Position numbers and translations under genes: made by a program. Shown here piece by piece: positions 38,967-48,100 of a DNA stretch of 64,000 nt; within the stretch, counting starts at the first letter, position 1, and the number at the start of each line of letters is the position of its first letter. Origin of the DNA: Thermoanaerobaculia bacterium (lineage in GTDB: Bacteria; Acidobacteriota; Thermoanaerobaculia; Multivoradales; Multivoraceae); assembly GCA_963666565.1 (NCBI GenBank), contig OY762911.1, positions 4,288,001-4,352,000 of the forward strand, in the 5' to 3' direction. The notes under the pieces are model-generated. The model was not told where the DNA came from, searched no databases, and saw only the letters and a program-made list of their open reading frames with translations.

Positions 38967-40151
38967 TCAACCGACGATCTTCAGGCGGCGCAGTTCGTCG
39001 ATCTCGGCGGCCGTCATGCCCAACCCCCCCAGCAGGTCGTCGGCGCCCTCGCCCAGGGCCGGCGACGGCGCGACCGGCGCCGGCGGCGTACCCGAGAACT
39101 TCGCCGCCGGACGAGGCACCCTCATCCGGCCGACCTGCGGATGATCGACTTCCCGCAGCAGCTCGTTCTCGACCACCTGCGGGTCGGTCAGCACCTCGTT
39201 GCGGGTCAGGATCGGCGCACAGGGCACATCCTCGGCTTCGAGCGCGGCGATCCACTCCACGGAGGTGCGCTGCCGCATGACGTCGCCGACCATGTCGAGC
39301 CGCTGGTCAGCGTTCGAGATCCGCCCCGCCGCCGTGTTGTACCGCTCGTCCTCCAGCCACTCGAGATGGCCGGTGGCCTGGGCCATGCCCTCCCACTCGG
39401 CGTCGGAGATCGTGGACGCCGTGATGTAACCGTCGGCGGTCCGGTAGATCAGGTCGCTGGTCGACCCGGGCCGGCCGTGCGCGACCTCGCCGCCGACCAG
39501 GATCTGGCGCACGAAGCCCTCGGGCCAGGTGAAGGAGATCGTCGCGTCGAGCATGGCGAGGTCCAGGTGCTGGCCCTCCCCCGTCCGTTCGCGGGCCAGC
39601 AGCGCCGCGGTGATCGCCTGGGCCGCGGTCAGGCCGGTCACCTTGTCCGGGATGATCGTCCGCACCATCTTCGGCTCGCCGGTGACGCGGTCGGCCTGGA
39701 TGTCGGCGAAGCCCGACAGAGCCTGGATGATCGGGTCGTACACGCGCTTCTGGGCGTACGGCCCTTCCTGCCCGAAGCCGCTGATCGACGCATAGACGAG
39801 CCGGGGATTCAGCTCGCGCAGGCGCTCCGCGCCCAGCCCCAGCCGGTCGATCACGCCGGGCCGGAAGTTCTGGACGAAGACGTCGGCGGTGCCGACCAGC
39901 TTCAGCAGGAGGTCGATGCCGCGCTCCTGCTTCAGATCGAGGACCAGGGAGCGCTTGCCGCGGTTGATCGTCGCGAACCCGGCGGTGACGCCGCCTCGCT
40001 GCGGTCCGAGGCGGCGCATGATGTCGCCGCCCGGGGGCGCCTCGACCTTGACGACCTCCGCGCCCTGGTCGGCGAGGAGCATCGTGGCGATCGGGGCCGA
40101 GACCATCGTCGCCAGTTCGATGACCCGGTAGCCGTCGAGTGGACCGCCCAT
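38967..40151 (-). CDS. Class III CoA-transferase (CaiB/BaiF)
   Basis: LADQGAEVVKVE, NRGKRSL, NFRPG, SISGFGQEGPY. Confidence 0.9.
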   Translation of the reverse strand: MGGPLDGYRVIELATMVSAPIATMLLADQGAEVVKVEAPPGGDIMRRLGPQRGGVTAGFATINRGKRSLVLDLKQERGIDLLLKLVGTADVFVQNFRPGVIDRLGLGAERLRELNPRLVYASISGFGQEGPYAQKRVYDPIIQALSGFADIQADRVTGEPKMVRTIIPDKVTGLTAAQAITAALLARERTGEGQHLDLAMLDATISFTWPEGFVRQILVGGEVAHGRPGSTSDLIYRTADGYITASTISDAEWEGMAQATGHLEWLEDERYNTAAGRISNADQRLDMVGDVMRQRTSVEWIAALEAEDVPCAPILTRNEVLTDPQVVENELLREVDHPQVGRMRVPRPAAKFSGTPPAPVAPSPALGEGADDLLGGLGMTAAEIDELRRLKIVG

Positions 40152-40204
40152 GGCGGCGCAGGCTAGCAGGCGCGCCGCGGGTTTCTGGCCGCCTTCGGCG
40201 GCAT

Positions 40205-40230
40205 GCGGGTCGGAAGACCCGCGCACCCAG
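40205..40230 (-). repeat. REP-like element (family A)
   Basis: GCGGGTCGGAAGACCCGCGCACCCAG. Confidence 0.8.
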
Positions 40231-40240
40231 CGGGCAGCGG

Positions 40241-42094
40241 CTACCGGGCCAGTTCTCTCAACGTGAAGTTCACGGTCAGGGAATGCCGCGGATTCAGGAC
40301 CGTCTCGAACGGCTCGCTGACCTCCCACTTGGCCAGGCTGAAGCGCCGGGCCGAGATGCGCACCCAACCGGGCGGCACGCCGCGCGCCGAGTAGGCGCCG
40401 TCTTCGCCGACGCTCGCCTGATGCACGAGGCTTCCGTCCGCCGACTCGAAGCGGACGATCGCGCCGTCCGCCGGCTGGCCCGTGGACGCGCTCACCACGC
40501 GGCCGCGGATCACGGTGTCGGCGAGTTCCAGCAAGAGCGGCTCGTCGGCCGGCACGTCGATGCCGTGGAAGAACTGCATCGCCTCGTGGTCCGGCGCGAT
40601 GACATCCACCCGCCAGCCCTCCCGTCCCGGCAGCGCTCCCCGGAACCAGCCGTCGTCGTCGCTGCGGAACGTCAGGTCCGGCGAGGTCTGGCGGCCGCCG
40701 AAGAACACGAGCCCCCGCACCGGCACGTCGTCCAGCATCAGTCGCCCCACAACCGGGATCAGGTCCAGTTCGACGACCGCGACCAGGTCGCCCACGATCT
40801 CCAGGTAGTCCAGGCCGCCGAACCGGCCGCCCGCCTCGTCGGCGATCTCCACACTGAACGCGCCGTTGCCCGGCACGTGAAACCGCACCCGGCCGTTCTC
40901 CACCACCGCCCGCTGCTGGGGGTAGTCCCCGGGCCGGTACTGCCGCCAGAACTCGACCGGGTTCGCCGGCTCGATCTGCTTCAGCCGGGCCACCCACTCG
41001 CTCTCGTAAGGCGGATCGGCGGGGAGCACGGAGACTTCCAGGAGGTGGCTTCGCATGAGCGGGATCCGTTTCCGCGGAAACGTCTCGGCGTCCCTCCGGA
41101 GCGTGTAGGGGCCGGCGCGCGCAGCCACGCGGTCGTCGCAGTCGACCTGGATCCAGTGGTGGCCGGGGCCCAGGCCCGCCGCCTGGAAGAACCCGTCCCG
41201 GTCCACATCCACCGTCGCGGCGACGTCCTCCAGGCCGGTCGTCCAGAACGCCGGATCGGCCTTTGCGATGTGGACCACGCAACGCTCGATCAGCTCCCGG
41301 AAGCCCGGTCCCGGCGCGACGAAGCCGGCGAGACTGGCGCCGGGGACGAGCGTCTGGTCGCCCAGGCGAAGCTGCCGCCGGCCGTGGAGCGGCGTCTGCC
41401 AGCGGTACTCGGGCGAGTGTCCGGGCAGCCAGAACACGAGGTGAACCAGGGCGCCCGGCAGTTCGCAGGACCAGCGGCCGTCGGCCGCCACCGGGCATCG
41501 GACCCTGGCGCCCTTCAGGCGGAAGCGCGGGTCCATCCGTTCCGGATCGACGTCGCCGAGGAGGATCGAGACTTCGGCGGGCGGCCGGCGGGGACCGACC
41601 ACGCGCCCCGACACGGCGACCGCCGGGAAGACCGGCACCTCGTACAGGCGCACGACGTCGCCCGCGGGTTCTTCGGCGCCGGACTCCTCTGCGGCCGCGG
41701 CCCCGGCGCCCGGCGGCGAGTCCGTCTCCGCGTCCGGCGCCAGGCCGGGATCGACGTACACCTCGCGGCCCCAGAAGCCGCTGCCGGCCGCCGGCCGCAC
41801 GTTCCACGGTCCGGGCTCGCGCAGGAACACCTGGAACGGCTGATCGCTGACCACTGGCAGGTCCTGCTCGACGCCCTCGGCGTTCCTTGCCACCAGCGTC
41901 ACGTCGGCAGCGACCGTGCGATACGCCACCGCCTGCAGCACGACGCCGGTCACCTCCTCCGCCGGCGTCCGTCCCGCGGATCCCGCCGGTTCCTGCGCCG
42001 CGGAAGCGGCGGCGCCAAGGACAAGCGCGGCCGCCAGCGGCCCTGCCCTGCCAAGAGGCCCTGCTCTGCCAAGAGATCGCGTCCAGACCCTCAT
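40241..42094 (-). CDS. Secreted protein with carboxypeptidase-regulatory-like beta-sandwich domains
   Basis: Signal peptide ...AASAAQ; repeated xSGRV, D.DG.F and G.Y...GVPPG motifs. Confidence 0.65.
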   Translation of the reverse strand: MRVWTRSLGRAGPLGRAGPLAAALVLGAAASAAQEPAGSAGRTPAEEVTGVVLQAVAYRTVAADVTLVARNAEGVEQDLPVVSDQPFQVFLREPGPWNVRPAAGSGFWGREVYVDPGLAPDAETDSPPGAGAAAAEESGAEEPAGDVVRLYEVPVFPAVAVSGRVVGPRRPPAEVSILLGDVDPERMDPRFRLKGARVRCPVAADGRWSCELPGALVHLVFWLPGHSPEYRWQTPLHGRRQLRLGDQTLVPGASLAGFVAPGPGFRELIERCVVHIAKADPAFWTTGLEDVAATVDVDRDGFFQAAGLGPGHHWIQVDCDDRVAARAGPYTLRRDAETFPRKRIPLMRSHLLEVSVLPADPPYESEWVARLKQIEPANPVEFWRQYRPGDYPQQRAVVENGRVRFHVPGNGAFSVEIADEAGGRFGGLDYLEIVGDLVAVVELDLIPVVGRLMLDDVPVRGLVFFGGRQTSPDLTFRSDDDGWFRGALPGREGWRVDVIAPDHEAMQFFHGIDVPADEPLLLELADTVIRGRVVSASTGQPADGAIVRFESADGSLVHQASVGEDGAYSARGVPPGWVRISARRFSLAKWEVSEPFETVLNPRHSLTVNFTLRELAR

Positions 42095-42196
42095 TCCGCT
42101 CCGTCGCCGCGCCGCGACAGCTTCCCCCATGCCATTGCCAACCCGCGTGGCCGGCCCGCCGATTCCGCCGACCTCGACCGCTTCCGGCTCTCAACT

Positions 42197-45100
42197 CTAC
42201 CGAGGCGGGCCGTCAACGGCCCGGCCTCGCGTGTCGGATGTCGGCCTCCTCGGCCGTTCCTCGCAAGCGGCGATCCGCTTCAGCTCGAGGCGGTCGAACC
42301 AGGCATCGCCCAGGTTCGCGCCGTCGCGGGCCGCGCGGATTCTGATCGCGCCGACCGAGGCGGGGATGCACTTCGTCATGGCCCGGCACTCCCAGGCCCC
42401 GGTCGAGGAGGCCACGAGGTGGGCGTCGTCGAAGTCCGCGTCCCGGCCGGCGCCGTCGTCGAAGTCCACGAAGACGTTGTCGCGGGCGTTTTCCCGGACC
42501 ATGCAGGCCGAGAGTTGGTAGGTGCCGCCTTCGATGGGGATCCAGTCCTCGGTGACCGCCGCGTCGGGCGCTGCGCCAGGCGTTGCGTCGCCGCCGTCGC
42601 CGCCGTCGCCGCCGCCGCGGAGCACCAGGCTCCAGGCGCCGGCGTCGAGGCCCGAGGGCGGCCGGGCGACCGCCGCGTCGCCCCAGGCGGCCGTCCAGCC
42701 GGGCGCCGCGGGAGCCCTGTCCTGCCCGCCGTCGAGTCGGGGCGCGCCGGAGGTCCCGGCCCGCTCGCCCTCGAGTCCGGCTCCGGGCGCGACGTCGTCC
42801 AGGTTCCCGTTCAGCACCGCCGTCTTCGGCCAGCCCGGCGAGAACGGATCGAACCACGGAACCGCCGGCGCCGCAGGCGCGACCGGCGTCAACGCCTTCT
42901 CGACGGCCCACCATTCGACGACCGACGCGACGCCGGATCGCCGCGCGTACACTGCGCCGTAGCCCCGCGCCAGGAAGAACGTGTCGTGGACCTCCGCCCG
43001 CGCCGCGTCCGGCCAGTAGCGGACTTCCAGCACGTCCTCGAAGACGAGGCCGGGGACCGGCGGCACCTCGAACGCCGCCCGGTGCGACAGCGCCTCCATG
43101 CGCATCGTCGCCCACAGGACGCCGTCCTGGTTCCGCCGGCGGTCCGAGAGCAGCCGCCCGGTTGCGGGGCCTTCCACGACATCGCCCACCGCCATGAAGC
43201 GGTTCATCCAGCGGAAGGGACGGTCCAGCGCGACGCTCGGCCGGGCTTCCCCGCCCGCCGAGGCGCCGCCGAACGTACCCCAGTAGTCGAGGCCGCCCTC
43301 GACCTCCTCGAAGATGTCGTAGCGCTCGCCGCCCGGATCGCCCAGCAAGGCCACCTTCCTGCCCCACAGGTCGCCGCGCCAGAAGGAGCGGAGATACGCC
43401 GTGCCCTCGGCCGGCGCCGCGCGCCCGTCCCCGAGGCGGGTCCGCACCTTCAAGGCGCTGCCGTGCGGCAGCAGCCAGTACTCGAACATGTCGACCGCGC
43501 CGGACGGCGACGGCGGCGCAAGGGCCGTCGACGACCAGGCGGACGCTCCCTCCGTCACCGTTGCCGAGAAGGTCAGCGTCGTCTTGCCCCCGTTCCTGCC
43601 CGTCGCGGTGTAGGTGTACGTGGTGGCCTCAAGCGTCGCCGTCGGCGTCCCCGACACCGTCCGCGTCGCCGCCGCGAACGTCACGCCGGCGGGCAGCTCT
43701 GGCGTCAGCGAGTAGGTCACCCTGCCGCCGCCGCCGCTTGCCGCGGGCAGCGTCAGCGAGGCGATCGCCGCGTCCTTCGTCCACGACTGATTCGCGACGG
43801 TCGCGGCGCCGAACGACGGGTCCTCCACCGCGATCGTCGCGCTCGTCGTCGAGTCGCCGAACCAGGAACCGGGATCGCGCACCATCCGCCACGCGAAGAC
43901 GTGGCCGCCCGTAGTCGACGGCGCCGTGATCGAGATCGTGAAGACCGCCTCGCCGTTCGGCGCCACGTCCGACGCCAGGGAGACCCGGTTCGTGCCCCAC
44001 GTCGTGTTGTCGGCGGGACTCTGCGAGCCCAGTTTGTAGCCCAGGGCCGTCGTCCAGGTCGTCGTCCCCGTGTTCCGCATCGTCACCGTCACCGTCGCCG
44101 TGCCGCCGGCCGCCATCTTCGTCGGCACGCCGGTCGCCGACACGAACGCCGCGCTGTCGCCGGCGGCCGCCGCCACCCGGATCCGGAACGTCAGCGTCGC
44201 CTTGTTGCCGGCCCCGTCGGTTGCCGTGTACGTGTACGTCGCCCCCGTCTGCGACGCCGTCGGCGTCCCCGACAACGTCCGCGTCGCCGCGGCGAAAGTC
44301 ACGCCCGCGGGCAGCGCGGGAGACAACGCGTAGGTCAGCGTCGCGTTGCTGCCGCTCGCCGCCGGCAGCGTCAGCGTCGCGATCGCCGTGTCCTTCACCC
44401 ACGCCTGGTCGGCCACCGTCGCGTCGCCGAACGACGGATCTTCCACCGTTATCGTCTTGCTCGTCGTCGAATCGCCGAACCACGTCGCCGCGTCCCGCAC
44501 CATCTGCCACGCGAACGCGTGCGAGCCTGTCGTCGAAGGCGCCGCGATCGCGAACGTGAAGTCCGCCGTCGCGTTCGGCGCCGTGTCCGAAGGCACGGAC
44601 ACCCGGCTCGAAACCCACGTCGTGTTGTCGGCCGGACTCTGCGCCCCCAGCTTGTAGCCGGCGGCCGACGTCCACGTCGTCGTGCCCGTGTTCCGCATCG
44701 TCACCGTCACCGTCGCCGTGCCGCCCGCCGCGATCTTCGACGGCACGCCCGAGTACGACACGAACGCCGCGTTGTCCACCGGCGCCTCCGTCGCCTCGAT
44801 CCGGAACGAGATCGTCGCCTTGTCGCCGTCCGTGTCCGTCGCCGTGTACGTGTACCAGGCCTCCGCCTTCGCCGCCGTCGGCGTACCCGCCAGCGTCCGC
44901 GTCGCCGCCGTGAAGGTCACGCCCGCCGGCGGCGAGGGCGTCAGCGCGTAGGTCAAAGCGCCCGTGCCGCCGCTCGCCGCCGGCAGCGTCAGCGACGCGA
45001 TCGGCGTGCCCTTGATCCAGGCCTGGTCGGCCACCGTCGCGTCGCCGAACGACGGGTCCTCCACCGTGATCGTGTTCAGCGTCGTCTTGGCGCCGAACCA

Positions 45101-48100
45101 GCCCGACGAGCCCTGGATCATCTGCCACCGGAACTTGTAGCTCCCCGTCGTCGTCGGCGCCACGATCGTGAACGTGAAGTCGCCCGTCGCGTTCGGCGCC
45201 ACGTCCGATGCGAGCGATACCCGCTTGAGGCCCCACGTCGTGTTGTTCTCCGGCCGCTGGGAACCCAGCTTGTAGTTCGCGGACGTCCACGTCGTCGTCC
45301 CGGTGTTCTGCATCCGCACCGTCACCGTCGCCTTGCCGCCGGCGACGATCTTCGTCGGCACGCCCGTGTACGACACGAAGGTCGCCCCGTCCGACGCCTT
45401 GCCCGCCACCCGGATGGTGAACGTGAGGGTCGCCGCGTCGCCGTCCGCGTCCGTCGCCTTGTACGTGTACGTCGTCGCGTCCTGCTTGCTCGTCGGCGTC
45501 CCCGACAGCCGCCGCGTCGAGTCGTCGAACGTCACGCCAGCCGGCAGGGTCCCGGTCAGCGAGTAGCTCAGCTTGCCGTTGCCGCCGGTCGCCGCCGGCA
45601 GCGTCACCGTGCCGATGGACACGTTCTTCACCCAGGTCTTGTCCAGGATCGACGACGAGCCGAACGACGGCGTCGTGTCCGCCTCCACCGCGATCGTCTC
45701 GAGCGTCGACTTGGCGCCGAACCAGCCGGCCGCGCCCTTCAGCATCCGCCACCGGAACTTGTAACTCCCCGTCTTCGCCGGCGCGGTGATCGTGAACGTG
45801 AAGTCCGCCGTCGCGTTCGGCGGCGTGGAGGCCGGCAGAGCGACCCGCTTCAGGCCCCAGGTCGTGTTGTCCTCCGGCCGTTGCGAGCCCAACTGGTAGC
45901 CCGCGGCCGACGTCCAGGTGGTCGTGCCGGCGTTCCGCATCCGGACGGTCACCGTCGCCGTCGAACCCGCCGCCATCGTCGAAGGCAAGCCCGTGTAGGA
46001 GACGAACGACGCGCCGTCCGACGCCTTCCCGTCCACCCGGATGGTGAACGTGACCGTCGCCGCGTCGCCGTCCGTGTCCGTCGCCTTGTAGGTGTACGTC
46101 GTCGCGGCCTGCTTCTTCGTCGGCGTCCCCGACAGCGTCCGCGCCGTGGCGTCGAACGTCACGCCCGCGGGCAGGGTCCCGGTCAGCGAGTAGGCGAGCT
46201 TGCCGTTGCCGCCCGTCGCCGCCGGCAGCGTCACCGTGCCGATCGACACGTTCTTCACCCAGGTCCGGTCGAGCGGCGGCGTCCCGAACGACGGCGACGT
46301 GTCCGGCGCCGCCGACACCGCGATCGTCTCGAGCGTCGACTTGGCGCCGAACCAGCCGGCCGCGCCCTTCAGCATCCGCCACCGGAACTTGTAGCTCCCC
46401 GTCTTCGCCGGCGCCGTAATGCTGAACGAGAAGTCCGCCGTCGCGTTCGGCGGCGTGGAAGCCGGCAGAGCGACCCGCTTCAGGCCCCAGGTCGTGTTGT
46501 CGGCGGGCCGCTGCGAGCCCAACTGGTAGGCCGCGGCCGAGGTCCAGGTCGTCGTCCCCGCGTTCCGCATCCGGACGGTTACCGTCGCGGTCGAACCGGC
46601 CGTCATCGTCGAGGGCACGCCCGTGTAGGACACGAACGCCGCGCCGTCCGACGCCTTGCCGTCCACCCGGATGGTGAACGTGAGCGTCGCCGACTTGGCG
46701 GCGGTGTCCGTCGCCTTGTAGGTGTACGTGACCGCGGACTGCTTCTTCGTCGGCGTGCCCGACAGCGTCCGCGCCGAGGCGTCGAACGTCACGCCCGCGG
46801 GCAGGGTCCCGGTCAGGGAGTAGCTCAACGAGCCGGTTCCGCCGATCGCCTTCGGCAGCGTCACCGTCCCGATCGACACGTTCTTCACCCACGTCCGGTC
46901 GCGGATCGTCTCGCTGAAGGTCGGAATGGCCGGCGCCGCCGACACCGCGATCGCGAACGTGAGCGTCGCCGTGTCGCCGTCCGTGTCGGTCGCCGTGTAC
47001 GTGTACGTCGTCGCGGCCAGCGTCGCGGTCGGCGTGCCCGACAGCGTCCGCGACGAAGGAGAAGAGTCGAACGACAGGCCCGCGGGCAGCGCCGGCGACA
47101 GCGAGTAGGCCAGGGTCCCGTCGCCGCCGGTCGCCGCCGGCAGCACCGTAGAGGTCATCGCCCGGTTCTGCGTCAGCGTCATGTCGGGAATCGTCTTGCC
47201 GCCGAACGAGGGCTGCTTGTCCGCGCTGTCGTCGTCGGTCACCGTCACGGCTACCGACGCCCTCACGCTGGCGTAGTCGCCGCCGGCAGCGGTCAGGTCG
47301 ACCGTCGTGCTCTCGTTCGCAGCGTCCGCGTCCTGCTCGCCCGTCACCGTCACGGTCTGGGTCGTGTTGTAGTTCGTCGTCGTGAACGTCAGGCTCGACG
47401 GACTCGCCGTCGCGGCTGTCGTGTCCCCGCTCGACACTGTCACGGTCACGTTCGCCGTCGGCTGCGTCGCCAGCTTCGCCGTGAACGTGCCGCTGCCGCC
47501 CTCGGCCACCGTCAGGCTCGTCGGGCTCGCGACCACGGCCTTCGTGTCGTCGTCCGTCACCGTCGCGCCCACCGAAGCGGACACGTTGGCGTAATCGCCG
47601 CCGGCAGCGGTCAGGCCGACGGTCACGCTCTCGTCGGCCGCGTCGGCGTCCTGCTTGCCCGTCACCGTCACCGTCTGCGCCGTCGCGTAGTTCGTCGTCG
47701 TGAAGGTCAGGCTCGCCGGACTCGCCGTCGCGGCGCCCGGGTCCCCGCTCGACACCGACACCGTCACGTTCGCCGTCGGCTGCGTCGCCAGCTTCGCCGT
47801 GAACGTGCCGCTGCCGCCCTCGGCGACCGTCAGACTCGTCGGGCTCACCGTCAGAGCCGCGGTCTCGTCGTCGTCCACCGTCACGGCCACCGACGCGGAT
47901 ACGTTGGCGTAATCGCCGCCGGCAGCGGTCAGGCCGACGGTCACGCTCTCGTCGGACGCGTCGGCGTCCTGCTTGCCCGTCACCGTCACCGTCTGCGCTG
48001 TGGTGTAGTTCGTCGTCGTGAAGGTCAGGGTCGCCGGACTCGCCGTCGCGGCGCCCGGGTCCCCGCTCGACACCGACACCGTCACGTCGGCCGTCGGCTG

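Noticed and set aside
42038-42075. 18-bp tandem duplication (LGRAGP twice) in a signal-peptide region
   Set aside because: A small in-frame slippage duplication with no sign of phase variation.
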